Counted from the stretch's first letter, positions 29,097 through 40,800 are shown. The stretch is 64,000 nt of DNA from a virus (IMGVR_UViG_2724679462_000002:32001-96000), one strand, 5' to 3'. The notes: a model not told the origin generated them from the letters alone. Made by a program: numbers and translations.

Positions 29097-29639
29097 ATGA
29101 GGCGATGGATTAGCCGGTGGGAGAACCACTGGCGAGAGCGCCGTGTTCAGCGAGAGTACGCCGCGCTGAGAAAGCAGACCGTTGCGCTCTCAAACTACCA
29201 CCCGGGCCGGAAGACTTTGGAGGATCTTCTCCGCACCTTGGATGTCGCGCGCTTTGCGTCGTTTCGCAACTCTCACGCTGTGGGCATCGAGATCAAGCCG
29301 TTCTACCCGACGATCGATGTCTACCAGCGCGAAATTAAGATCATCAACTCTTACCTCACGCGTGAGGGAGCGCTGCCTACCACCTGGGCGACGCTCGACG
29401 CCCGACCCATGGGACTGGATCACTTCTTCACGTCGGCGGAAGGTTTTTACCTGAATGTGGCGGATTCGCTCGCCGCGTTCAAAAGAGACGCGTTGATCCT
29501 ATGTACGTTGATGGAAAACAGCGATAATGCCGCCCTCGGCGTACATGAGCACAATTTGCGGATGCTGACCAAACTCCTGGTCAACGTTCGACTCCTGGTG
29601 TTGACCCTCGTCGATCTCAGCTTCGAGATCGGTAAATGA
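29097..29639 (+). CDS. Hypothetical protein (180 aa)
   Basis: GGAG RBS, downstream of an AT-rich promoter region. Confidence 0.7.
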   Translation: MRRWISRWENHWRERRVQREYAALRKQTVALSNYHPGRKTLEDLLRTLDVARFASFRNSHAVGIEIKPFYPTIDVYQREIKIINSYLTREGALPTTWATLDARPMGLDHFFTSAEGFYLNVADSLAAFKRDALILCTLMENSDNAALGVHEHNLRMLTKLLVNVRLLVLTLVDLSFEIGK

Positions 29640-29706
29640 GGTCTCGACCCTACATTAAGCAGTCTAATCAAGCAGGTCAATCAAGCAGGTCCACAAGGAA
29701 GCTAAT

Positions 29707-30435
29707 ATGGCACGCAACCCTTTCCAACGCATCCTGCATTCCGAGGATAAAGGCGTTAGTAAGACTTCGGGCGCGAACGGGGTTCTCTCGCGTCTGTGGC
29801 GACAGATGTTGATGGATTTGAATATCGGTCCCGCTCGCTACGGTGATCTCATGCGCGATTTTGTCACCGACATTCGCAACGGCATCGCGCCGACGCGAAA
29901 AGACCAGACGAGCGCGCGCGGCAACATCACGAAGGAATTCGCACGGCCCCAGATGACCTGGAAGGTCTTCATGAAGGCGCTGCGTTTCCTGCAAGTCGTC
30001 AGAGTCGAATTTGCGATCAAGTGCCATTACGCTAACGGCCGTACGACCACGCACGGCACGACCGTGGACTTCGGCAGCCGTCCGCAAATCAACCAGTTCC
30101 TGGAAGAGCTGCAGGTGACTACCCCGACCTCGCCCGAACTCGAGGATGAACAGGTGCGCGAATTCTGCGGCGTCATCGCCCAGACCGTGATGTTCCCCTT
30201 CGAATCGGAGACTGAACATCCGACCGGAAACAACGCCAGCGCCGGTGCGGCCGGCAAAGAACAGCCCGTGGTTCTCACAGCTGATCTCTACGAAGCCCGC
30301 ACGCTCCAGAGCGAGCGTCTTGACGAAAGCATTCACGCGCTCGGCGCCGTCCAGAAAGAAGCTGAGCAGATGTACCAGCGCTACCTGGCGGACAAAAACA
30401 ACGGAATTACCCACTATGACCACGAGCGCCAATAA
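29707..30435 (+). CDS. Conserved jumbo-phage protein, possibly DNA-binding (242 aa)
   Basis: AAGGA RBS; motif RGNITKEFARPQMTWKVFMKALRFL. Confidence 0.7.
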   Translation: MARNPFQRILHSEDKGVSKTSGANGVLSRLWRQMLMDLNIGPARYGDLMRDFVTDIRNGIAPTRKDQTSARGNITKEFARPQMTWKVFMKALRFLQVVRVEFAIKCHYANGRTTTHGTTVDFGSRPQINQFLEELQVTTPTSPELEDEQVREFCGVIAQTVMFPFESETEHPTGNNASAGAAGKEQPVVLTADLYEARTLQSERLDESIHALGAVQKEAEQMYQRYLADKNNGITHYDHERQ

Positions 30436-30970
30436 CAGGCTCCCCGCCTTGCTGATTCCGAGGACGGCATTCGATCCTGAGAAAGACGGGCAAACCCACC
30501 TCAACGTTTCGACGAATGGCAAGACCGAGCTTGGTCGTAAGCTCGCGCACTTCGCCGTTACGAAGTTCGTTCACCCGATCTACGGGCCCTTCAAGTCGAT
30601 GGAGGGTTTCTGGCACTTCATCAAGTGCGAGGACATGGACGACAATTTCCGCGTGCTGACAGCCAGTCGCGCGAAGGCGTATGCCAAGACGAAGAAGATG
30701 GTGTGGCGGGAACACTTCGTCGACGTCATCAACGAAGCGAACTTCCACAAGATCGTTCAAAACGAAGACATCAAGCAGGCGATGATCGAGTCCGATCTGC
30801 CGTTCGCGTACTACTACATGTTCGGTCCGGAACAGCTCCAGATCTTCCCGCAGCAAGCGACCTGGCTGTGTGCAGGTTTCAACCAGATCCGAGAGCTGCT
30901 GAAGAAAGGCGAAATCATGCCTGCGGCACCGAAGGTTCTATTCGTAGAGCCGCAGCCGGCGACGCCCTGA
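30416..30970 (+). CDS. NADAR-like fold protein (184 aa)
   Basis: GKTELGRKLAHF...GPFKSMEGFWHFIK...ANFHKIVQN...LPFAYYY; start moved to ATG 30416. Confidence 0.5.
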   Translation: MTTSANNRLPALLIPRTAFDPEKDGQTHLNVSTNGKTELGRKLAHFAVTKFVHPIYGPFKSMEGFWHFIKCEDMDDNFRVLTASRAKAYAKTKKMVWREHFVDVINEANFHKIVQNEDIKQAMIESDLPFAYYYMFGPEQLQIFPQQATWLCAGFNQIRELLKKGEIMPAAPKVLFVEPQPATP

Positions 30971-30993
30971 GCGGAGCTGTCAATCAATGCAAG

Positions 30994-31022
30994 GAGGACA
31001 CTTTCGGGTGTCCTCTTTTTTT
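30994..31022 (+). terminator. Rho-independent terminator
   Basis: GAGGACAC-TTTCGG-GTGTCCTC followed by T7. Confidence 0.85.
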
Positions 31023-31039
31023 GCCCGTAGGAGTGTTTC

Positions 31040-32608
31040 ATGCCTGTGAACGTGTTGGCATCCCCAAGTTTTCTAACGGGACCGCAGGACAACCTGGTCA
31101 CCGTTGACGTCTACACCGGCACCTCCGGCGGCATTGTCAATTCGATCAAGAGCCTGGAGGCGAAGTACAACGTCGATCTGATCGGTATGCTGCGCGCCGG
31201 AGCAGCGGCTGCCCAACTCGTCCCAATCGTCGAGGGCATCGCCAATGGCAAGCTGTTGATGAACCCACAGGCAGCCCTTGCGCGGCTGCTGACCGCCTCC
31301 AATCGACTCGTGGCCGCGGTAGGTGGTACGTCGCTCAACAGCGCCTTCAGCGCTCTCTCATCGGGTGTGCAGTCGGCAATTGGCGAAGCCGGTCAGGTGC
31401 TGGGTCAAGTAGAGGCAACCGTAGGTGGCGTCGTCAACACGATCGTGAACGGTGCGGTCGGTGACATTCAGGCCCTGGGCTCGGTCATCAACGGATTCGC
31501 CAATGACGCGGGTGCATTCCTGATGGTCGACACGCAGGCGCTCGCGGGTATGGCTGCCGGGGTCATCAATCAGTGTGCGAAGTACGGCATTTCGGGCGCG
31601 TTCGAACAGATGGTGTCCCGGATTAGCAATCCGTACGTGCTCAATTCGATCATTGCTCAGACGCTCCCGAGTCTGGTCCGCACGGGCGATCTGACAAGCC
31701 TCCAGAGCCTGTCCCTGATCGCAAGCAGCGTCGGTATCTCCGCAGTCAACCCGAGCCTTCTGCCGAGCTTCGTGCAGTCCTACAACCGCTCCTTGATCGG
31801 CAGCGTCATTCAACGCACACCTTACCAAGACGGCGCCACGTACGTGCAGATGATGGACACGTTCAACACGGCCGATCCGACGTGGAACGTATCGACACGC
31901 AGCAGTGATGGCGACGACGATGACGCGGTGGACATCTCGAGTCTTCTTGGCGGAACGGACGATTTCACGAGTGTGCTGGCTTCGGGGGTGATGAACTCAT
32001 CCGATCCCGTCGAGCAGATGAACGGGCTCGCCACGGTCTATCAACCGAGCGACGTGGACAGCGATCTCAAGGCGATGTATCCATCGACCTACATTGATCC
32101 TGCTCTGCGCTCCACGGGCGTGCCACTCGAACCTGAGCAGGCTGCGATCGCAACACCAGCGGTCGACGCCTCGACCAGCAAGACTGCTGTGCCGGCGCCG
32201 ACCACGTACCAGAACATAGGTGGCACGACCTATCGCGTGACGAATGATGGAAACGGTGAAGGCTGGACGTCTACAGGCATCAACTTCGGCGATGGCGTTG
32301 CGCACGGAGATGGTACCAACAACTACTATCCCGTGAGTAGCGGCGAGGCCACACCTGCGACTCCTCCCGCAAGTGACCGCGTTGCTAGTCAACCGAACCC
32401 TGCTACCTACCAGACCGTCAACGGGCAGACCTACCAGACCGTCGCCAACCAGTATGGCGGCACGGAGACCTACCTGGTTGCGAAGGGCAAAGGCAACGGT
32501 CAAGCATGGACCAGTACCGGCATCAACTTTGGTGGGCTGGATCACGGCGACGGGACTGACAACTACCTCGCAGTGGATCCGGTAACGCTGCAGCGTCTCA
32601 ACAACTGA
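31040..32608 (+). CDS. Probable virion structural protein with a duplicated C-terminal motif (522 aa)
   Basis: AGGAG RBS; Ala/Gly/Ser-rich; two copies of TYQ...WTSTGINFG...HGDGTxNY. Confidence 0.65.
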   Translation: MPVNVLASPSFLTGPQDNLVTVDVYTGTSGGIVNSIKSLEAKYNVDLIGMLRAGAAAAQLVPIVEGIANGKLLMNPQAALARLLTASNRLVAAVGGTSLNSAFSALSSGVQSAIGEAGQVLGQVEATVGGVVNTIVNGAVGDIQALGSVINGFANDAGAFLMVDTQALAGMAAGVINQCAKYGISGAFEQMVSRISNPYVLNSIIAQTLPSLVRTGDLTSLQSLSLIASSVGISAVNPSLLPSFVQSYNRSLIGSVIQRTPYQDGATYVQMMDTFNTADPTWNVSTRSSDGDDDDAVDISSLLGGTDDFTSVLASGVMNSSDPVEQMNGLATVYQPSDVDSDLKAMYPSTYIDPALRSTGVPLEPEQAAIATPAVDASTSKTAVPAPTTYQNIGGTTYRVTNDGNGEGWTSTGINFGDGVAHGDGTNNYYPVSSGEATPATPPASDRVASQPNPATYQTVNGQTYQTVANQYGGTETYLVAKGKGNGQAWTSTGINFGGLDHGDGTDNYLAVDPVTLQRLNN

Positions 32609-32648
32609 CGGCATAAGGGCCCGGCGTGACCCGGGCCCTTATGCCGTC
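32607..32648. repeat. GGCATAA/TTATGCC hairpin, copy 7 (perfect 18-bp stem)
   Basis: GACGGCATAAGGGCCCGG-CGTGAC-CCGGGCCCTTATGCCGTC between convergent genes. Confidence 0.85.
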
Positions 32649-32651
32649 GCA

Positions 32652-34763
32652 TCAAGTCTTGTTGGTACCCTTGAAGAACATGCCGACCATTCGTGATGGA
32701 AGCAGATCGCCTGCCATGCTCGCAAAATGAGCAGGTGTGAGCCAGCTGCGCCACTGAGCCATCTGCATGGTGAGGTTCAACTTGAACCGCCGCATCATGT
32801 AAATCTGATCCGCTAGGCCCATCCCACCCAGCACCGCCATATAGTCGGCGAATGGATTGTCGCCGTCGAACAGACCGTTGAGCGTATCTTGAACGTTATT
32901 GATCGTGTCGACGACCGCGCCTCCGGCTCCAAGTACCGCCGCACCTGCAGTTCCACCGATTGCCGCTCCACCTGCTGCGCCTCCAACGGTACCGACCGGC
33001 CCTGCCGCACTGCCTGCGACGCCACCAGCAACACCACCGACCGCAGCACCGACCTCAAAGCCGAGATCACCGAGTGCTTGAGCCGATGCGTTCGTCAGAC
33101 CCTGTGAAATCGGGAGATAAATCAGATTCGACAAGTCGAGCACACTGAAGGTCACATCACTCCCCATCGCGTTGCCTTGATCATCGAATCCGAGATTGCC
33201 TACACCGCGTGTGACCTGCAAGCTATCGATGATGCCCAATCGGACCTGACGACGGCCACGGTCATACAACTCACAGAGGAAGGGCGACGTGTACGACTGT
33301 GGGCCAGTCGCCAATGGCAGCGCGCCCGCGAGCAGCATAGCAAGCGGAAGGTAAAGGTTCATCAACTGCGAAACGGGATTACCGTACGGACTTCTTAGCT
33401 GGACCGAATACGTCGAACGGCCGAGTTCTGCAGACGCCGATGTCCAATGCTTCGGGATGTCCACGAATGCGGAACCACCAAGCGACGCAATACCGGATAT
33501 TCCGAGTCCATCCGCGATTCCGCTCACAACATCGGCAGCCGTGCCGACAATGGCTCCTAAGGTCTTGCCGATGAGTCCGTCGCTAAGATTCCCATTAGCC
33601 ATGTCGAACCGTGTCTCGCGCGACTGACTCGACATCGTGTTTATCTTGCTGGCGAGAGGCGAGTCACCCGTCTGATTTGAGAACGACTCTGCCACGGGCC
33701 CTGTCGTATCGACTCGAAAGCTGACGAAAGCCGAACCATCATCCAACTCGGCCTTAAAGAACTCGAAGAGTCCGCTGTTCCCGACCGGCGTCGTGTCGAG
33801 GGCTTCCGATCCTGAGTCGCTGGTACTAGTCGAATCACTTGGCTTCGAGTTGGACGTTTTCAGCCAGGTTTTGAGGTAGTCCGGGAAGTTGGGTCGCTTA
33901 TCGTCCGTCAGCTTATTTTGCGGGCTGAACAAGGACCCGATGGCCGAACTGAGGTTCACAGACGAGTCGCCCAGGACTTGCATTTCATTCTGGTGCTGCT
34001 TGCGCTGGAGACGCTTTGCACGAGTAGCCAGTGCATAGACATCGATACCGCCCTTCTCGAAGAAAATGTCGGGCAGCAGATCATGGAGTCGAGAATTGCC
34101 GGTCTGGTCGAATGCGTAATTATCCGCAATGGTCATATTCACGGTCGCGTCAGCAACCGCTTCGCCGGCTCGCGGGATCACGCCCTTGTTCACCGCGATC
34201 TGGTTCACGATCGTCTGCACGACCTGCCAATACACCGGCATCGCAGGCTTCAGATAGTAAAACTTCGATGAAGGCTTGTTCTGGAGAAACCTGAGCCCCA
34301 CGCCAAGCGCTAGGAGGCCAAGCAACTTCCAGCTCATCACCGACACAACGAAGCCCGCTGCTCGACCGATGTTGTAGACTGCGTCGGTTGATCGGCCTGT
34401 TCGCGCGACCATTCCCGCGCCGCTGCTGTAAAAGTGCGTGAAGAACTGCGTGAGTGAGTTGAACTGCGGCACACCGAAACGCATGTGGATCACTTGCGAG
34501 TGATCGTCGATAGCTTCCGAGTAGTAGATACCCATCCCCTTGCCGCCGCTCTTTCTGGAGGGTGCTTTGGGATCTGCGAAGCTCGTGAACTGCGGCGGGG
34601 GATTGATCGCGAAGTTTCCGCCCGGCGTGGTGTCGGTGTACTTCAGGCTTGCTGTAGTGTAAAAGCGGTTCTGCTTATCGACGTCGCTGAGATCCTTGGC
34701 GCTCACGAGGAACGCGTTTCTCACCCAACTCACATCGGACACGCTGGTTAATGGAGCTGCCAC
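32652..34763 (-). CDS. Tail/baseplate structural protein (phiKZ gp182-like, 703 aa)
   Basis: KYTDTTPGGNFAINPPPQFT, GMGIYYSEAIDD, SYTSPF; directly downstream of the gp181-like gene; GTG start with AGGAG. Confidence 0.75.
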   Translation of the reverse strand: MAAPLTSVSDVSWVRNAFLVSAKDLSDVDKQNRFYTTASLKYTDTTPGGNFAINPPPQFTSFADPKAPSRKSGGKGMGIYYSEAIDDHSQVIHMRFGVPQFNSLTQFFTHFYSSGAGMVARTGRSTDAVYNIGRAAGFVVSVMSWKLLGLLALGVGLRFLQNKPSSKFYYLKPAMPVYWQVVQTIVNQIAVNKGVIPRAGEAVADATVNMTIADNYAFDQTGNSRLHDLLPDIFFEKGGIDVYALATRAKRLQRKQHQNEMQVLGDSSVNLSSAIGSLFSPQNKLTDDKRPNFPDYLKTWLKTSNSKPSDSTSTSDSGSEALDTTPVGNSGLFEFFKAELDDGSAFVSFRVDTTGPVAESFSNQTGDSPLASKINTMSSQSRETRFDMANGNLSDGLIGKTLGAIVGTAADVVSGIADGLGISGIASLGGSAFVDIPKHWTSASAELGRSTYSVQLRSPYGNPVSQLMNLYLPLAMLLAGALPLATGPQSYTSPFLCELYDRGRRQVRLGIIDSLQVTRGVGNLGFDDQGNAMGSDVTFSVLDLSNLIYLPISQGLTNASAQALGDLGFEVGAAVGGVAGGVAGSAAGPVGTVGGAAGGAAIGGTAGAAVLGAGGAVVDTINNVQDTLNGLFDGDNPFADYMAVLGGMGLADQIYMMRRFKLNLTMQMAQWRSWLTPAHFASMAGDLLPSRMVGMFFKGTNKT

Positions 34764-34784
34764 GTTGGACTCCTAAATCTCGCG

Positions 34785-34822
34785 AAAAAAAAGCGAAGGA
34801 AGAGCCGAAGCTCCTCCCTCGC
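34785..34822 (-). terminator. Rho-independent terminator
   Basis: Minus strand GCGAGGGAGGAGC-TTCG-GCTCTTCCTTCGC followed by T8. Confidence 0.8.
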
Positions 34823-34835
34823 CTAGACTACATGA

Positions 34836-37800
34836 TTAAACCATCTTGCGCATCGATACCGGTGGAGTCGGCATCTTCTGGGGCGGTCCCGATTGAATCG
34901 GGCCTGTGCCTGGGGCGGTCGTCGATGGAGCGCTCGTCGCGCCTTGGTCGTTCGACTTTGACGTGGTTTGCATCAGGGCGAGAATTGCCTTCAGCGTGCC
35001 AAGGCTTTCCTCGTGAACCTTCAACGACTTCCCAAGCGTGTCACCCACGCCGCCCAAGGCATCCATGTGCTCGTCATGCTGAGCTTGCTGGACCGCCGCG
35101 ATGTTGCGACTTCCCGAGCCGACGGGTTTGGCAGACGAACCACCGAAACCGAACGGTGAGTCCGCCGGACTGCTCCCTGTCGAAGCCGCCGGAGCTGACG
35201 ACGTCGCCGAACCGGACGAAGCTGAAGCGGTGGAAGCCGTCGACGGTGCACTGCCTCCGGTCGATCCACTGGACGTGTCGGAAGCTGGAGCGGCGGGCGG
35301 AGTGCTTCCCGAACCGGATGCCGGAGCCGAACCGCCAGCGGCCGAGGTCTGTGCAGCCGAGGTACCGTCTGACTTAGCGTCCGTCTTTCCTGCAATGTCG
35401 GTCGGGACGAGCTTTCCGTCCTGAGCCTGCTTGAGGTAGAACTGATACTTCGACTGTCGATCGTTCAGGCCGTTGAGACCCCCGTTGACACCGAGCGTCG
35501 CCGTTCGCACGTCACCGTTCTTACCTGCCGCCTTCACGTTCTCTTGCCAGAATGCGATCGCTAGCTTTGCCGCCGTATTCGGTTCGGACGCGAGGTCCGG
35601 ATTGTTGATCAGGTCGACCCCGATCTTCTTTCCGAAGTGAGCGTAGTTGGCCTTGCCCGTCAGCTGGATAACGCCGCGACCGCGATACTTATAGCCATCG
35701 TCGGCATCGCTGTTGCCGAGACGACCGCCGTAGGCAGCATCAGCGATTGCTCGCTCGCCTCCGGCGACCGCCTCCTGTGCGGCCTGCATGGTCGGAAAAT
35801 GCTTCGGCCCGAACACCTTCATCAGGTTGCCCGCACTGTAGTGCAAGTTTTCCGTGAGCGACTTGAACCCGCCACTCTCATGGTCACACTGCGCCATAAG
35901 CATAGCCTGCTCTTCGGGCTTCGTGATGCCGGCCGCGACCATCGCTTTGAGAAGGGCATTCTTGATTGCCTGAGCGCTCGCTGAATACTTCTTCTCAACC
36001 CAGTTGCCCGCTGACTTCACGCCAGAGACAATGGCACCGCCGACCTTGGTGTTCTTGAAGGCGTCGTATGCCTTGCCCGCAGCGTTGCCGATCGAAGATG
36101 CAACGTTACTGACCACGTTCTTCGCCGAGTTGAACGCGTTGCTCGCCCAGTCCTTGACGCTCTTCCATCCCTCCCCTGCCTTATCGGCCAAGTAGTTGGT
36201 CCAGCCCTTGCCACCGTCACCCTCCTTCTTTTCGTCGGACTTCTTCGAGTCGGCTTTCGGCTTGTCTTTCGACACGCCGGTGCCATCGTTCAGCGTCTTG
36301 GCCTTGTCCTTGCTCTTGCCATCGAGGAAGTCGAGCGCTGCCTGCACGGACTTTTGATCCGTGTTCATCGCGTAGCCAGGCCACGGGGATTGCGTGACCT
36401 CCCGCACCGACTTGCTATCTGGCGTGCGCGTCCCGACGATCGCCTTAGCAATCTGGGCTGCGAGGACGGGTTCGAGCATGTCCTCCGAACGACCCGTGAG
36501 CTTGCCGACCATGGTGGGTCCGCCGCTCAGTCTCGACATCGTGCCGAGGTAGTTCAGGTAGGTGGGCAGGAAGCGCATGTTGAACCACGCGTTCCAGGTG
36601 TAGGCCTGGTTATTGTGGTGGCCCACAACACCAAACTGCGCGCCAAACTTTTCCTGAAGCTGTGCGGGATCGCCGTTGAACTGCGCGGCATCGTTGGTCA
36701 CGCGGACGGACTTGAAGGTCTCCGCTTCGAGCGCACGCAGGAGCGCACACTTGTCGGCATCGAGGTCCTTCAAACCGTACGTCCGGTAACGCACGCCCGT
36801 GAGCGTTTCTACCTTGCCCGGCGTTTGACCGGGCTTTGCGAGCGCCGGGTCGATTGCATAGGACGCAGTCGACTTGCCGCCAACGCCTGTTTCGGACGGT
36901 TTGGCAGTACCAATACCCAGGGCCTGAGCTACAAGCGCTTTCGCCTTGTCCTGCCCGGCCTCCTTCGGCTTCACGTCATCCGCCGTCTTTCCCGCCAGCG
37001 CACCAGCCGCAGCGGCACTCGCGACAACGCCCGCGGTTCCCTTGTCGCCGTCTTTCTTCCCCGCGTCCTTATCGATTTCGGCAGCAACTTCCTGCGTGAT
37101 CTTCTGGACATATTCCGGACCTGCTTGCAGGCTCGGCTGATCCCAGAACGGCGACGCGGAGACGTAGTACGGACCTTGCGGCCACTTTGACGCCTCGAAG
37201 TACTTCTTCTTCTCGTCGGACTTGAGCTTCTCGTCGACCTCCCCGAGCTTCGCGTTAGCATTCGCCGTCTGAAGTGCCGTCATGTGCTTCAAGAAGACCG
37301 GACAGAAACGACCCCTGAACCACTGTGCAAAATTCGCACACTGCTGGTTGTCCTTCAGGTCCAGATCGAAACCTTCGGCGAGCTCCTTCGGCTTCTGCAA
37401 CTCAGGCACCGCCTTCGCGTCGATGCTGGCTTGTCCATTCTGGAAAACGACGCCCTTTATCAGTTTGTCTTCAAGACCAAACACCGCCTGCAGATACGAC
37501 TTCTCCTGCTCCTTCGTGAAACCGTACTGCGCGAAACGCAGGGCAGAGAGCGACCCAAGCCTTTTCTTCGTCAGCGCCTTGTAGCCCTTGTAGAGGCTGT
37601 AGCCCAACAAAGCAGCACCGGCGATACCGAGACCGACCGGACTCAGCAGCGCAGCGCCCAGCATCCCGGCGCCGGTGGCAATTCCCGACAACACCGTTGC
37701 TCCGCCTGCGACCAGGGCGCTACCTCCCGTTGCGCCAGCGAGAAGACCCGCACCCTCAGCACCGGTCAAGGCTGCCGCACCCAGCCCGGCTTCGGCTGCT

Positions 37801-40800
37801 CCCAGACCCGTTGCCGCTGCTGCGCCTTCTGCGCCAACAGTTGCCGCGCCTTCCAACCCGGCAGACAACGCACCGCGGCCAAGGAGACGTCCCATTCCGC
37901 TTCTCAGGACGTTCTTCGCGCCTCCGAGCATCCTGCCTACACGACCGGCACCCGGAATGCGCTTGAGTAGCCGCTTCGCCTTATTGAACATCCCACCGCC
38001 GCCACCGATGCTGTCGCTCTCGGAATCCTGAATCGCGGCTTTCATCGCGGCGTACATACCCGCGATCCTTCCGTCTTTCGCCAGCTCGGGTGGCAACGAC
38101 GAACCACTCAGAAATTTGGCGACGCGATTCAGTCCCAGCGAACTCGCCATACCGCCGAGCATGTTGCCGGCGCGTGACAAGCCAGGCGCGATCTTGCTGA
38201 TGGCCTTGCGGATGAACCCCTTGCCCGCAGTCGCCTCACCGGCTTCCTCCGACTCTTCTTCGTCCTTCTTCTTGAAGCGATCCGTCAAGCCCTTGATCGC
38301 ATCCTTGATTTTGGACAAAGCAGCGCCCATCCCGGTTTCACCGGCCTTGCCGTCGCCCGCGGGAAGTTTCTTCTCGTGCTCCTTCTCTTCCCAGGAGCCC
38401 TTGACGAAGCCCTCTCCGTCATCGCCCAAGAGACGCTTCTTCGGGCGCGGTAAGCGCTCGGTGAGGATGTCGCGGATCTCGGTGAGACGGTCGATCATGG
38501 TCCGGGAGCCTGCAAAGATAATTCCGTCCTTGCCCAGCCAATTCTCGAACCAGTTACCCAGTGCCTTGAAGGGTGCAGAGACGAATGTCTTCGCCATCTC
38601 GAAGCCCTTCGACAGAGCACGGCCCGCCATCGCGAACGGCTTCCTCGCCAAGTCAAGGAGCTTCGCAAGCGGCGTCTTCATTGGCTTCCCGTTCCGGTCC
38701 ACAAGGCCTTTTGCCAGATCCTCTTTTGTCAAGACCAACTTGATGTTGTTCTTGTCGCTGATGTCTTCGACCGGGCCATCGATGAGACTGGGACGGGTGA
38801 TCAGCGTCCCCTTGAGTTGGGACCGATACGCGCCCCCGCGCATCATGATCGCAAGCATCACGGGGTCGTCCTTACCCTTGACGTAGATGTCGACGGGCTG
38901 GTCAAGAAGGTCCATGCCCTTCTCGGCCAACTTGATCCCGTGCTCAATCACCTTGGGGACGAGTCTGAATACACCTCCGGCGATACTGTCGTATGCGCCT
39001 CTCAATCCCTTCCATGCCGCGCCCAGCGCCGAGATTGCCTTGACGCCTATCTTGCTCTTGCTGTACGCGCGACCGATGTCCTTCGCCTCAAGAACGATGT
39101 TGTCGTTGTCGAAGATGTCTTCGACGTCGCTCGTGATGTCCTTGTAAGACTTGATGATGTTGCCGGTCGCCTTGTCGCGGTAGTGACCTGCGCGCATCTT
39201 CCATGCGAGGAGGGCCGGCTCTTTCGACCCGGGAAGGTAGATGTCGTCGAAGCTCTTGGCGTAGCTCAGCGCCTTCTTGCCGCCGCCTGAGACGGCGTCG
39301 AGACCCGACTTACCCCAGCCCTTCACCTTGTGGAACATCGGCGAAGGACGTTTCCACCAGTCCCAGGCGCCCTGAAAGCCACCCTTGACCTTGTCGAGGC
39401 CCCACTTCCCTGCGCCGGCGGCTGCACTGCCAAAGTCGCCGACGGTCCACGTCAGCAGATTCTTCGAGCGTCGAACGCCACCTCCATCGGCGTCACCCAT
39501 GTGAGTTCCAACGCCCGAGCGACGATGACGGACATCAATACCTTCCTCGACCTTCTTTTGAATCGCGAGTAGAGTTTCATGGATCTTCTCCGAGATTGAT
39601 TTGCTGCTGCTTTCCTTGATCGCCTCGATGATCGGTTTCTGGTCGCAACAGTCCTTGACCCCCGTTTCAGCCGACTTCCGACCACCGATGTTCAGGTGGT
39701 GCTCAGGCGTCGTTTCTGCCGGGTCGTCGGCTTCGTCGAGCGCGCGCAGCCACTCGTCAAAGCCGTCCGGCTCGTGACGACGCGCCGCGTTCCAGTTCAT
39801 CGCTCCCAGCGTCTGCGCAGACGGACGATGACGCGCAGTCGGTGTGAACGCACGGCGGGGTTTCTTGCGAGGTCCTTGACCCTTGACACGCTTGGCACCG
39901 CGGTGACGTGACGCCATTGACGCATGGATGCCGTGGCTACTACCACCGCCCATCGGACGAACGTTGCCGCCGGCGTAACTCGCTGCCGGATTGAACGTGT
40001 CATGCAGGTAGTAGTCCATCAGCTTGTCGAGATCCAGCCGGCCGTTCTTGACCAGACCGGTCTGCATGACCACGTCCAGCATGCCGCTGCTGATCATGTC
40101 CTGGATAGCGGCGCGAGGATCCCCCATGCCCGAACCAAGATCGGCGAACCGCGCTTGGAAGCGCATCTGTTTGCCGCCGTCGTGGTCGTCCTTGAAGTAG
40201 TTCTCGAAGAGCTTGGCGAACGTGCCCGCATGTTCCGCATTGTCACCGCCATAGCTGAAAACATCGCTATAGCGCTTCGCGGACCCTGTCCGGTTCGTCA
40301 GGTTGTCCTGCATCATCCGGCGCAGGAGTGCCTTACGCTGCTTCTTCGTGAGCTGAACCCCGCTTTCCTTCTCCAGGTGATCGACCAGGTTCTTGCCCTT
40401 CTCGTGCACCCAGGCTTTGTCTTCCTTTCGCACCAGTGAGCCGAACGCGTTCTTCGCCATCTCGCTCTTGCTATGGAACGAGTTCCGGGTGTAGTCGTAC
40501 GTGGTGAGTTCGGTCTTCGCGTCGCCCGTGCGCAGAATCTGCAGCTCACGGTAGATGCGTGCCAGATAGCCCGGAATGACTTCCGTCAGTGACTTGCGGG
40601 CGAGTCCGTTGAACGGCGCGGGATCCTGAAGGTTGCGCAGGTTGTCGACGTGCATCCCGGTTTCGACACCGTTTGACGCGCGGATCTGATCCTTCAACCA
40701 CCGGATGCCTCCACCTACGAGCGGTACGTTGTCTCCGTGATCCGAGTGCGCCCATTCGGTCAGGTGTTGCGGTGCGTTACCGGCGTAGTACTGAGCCTTG

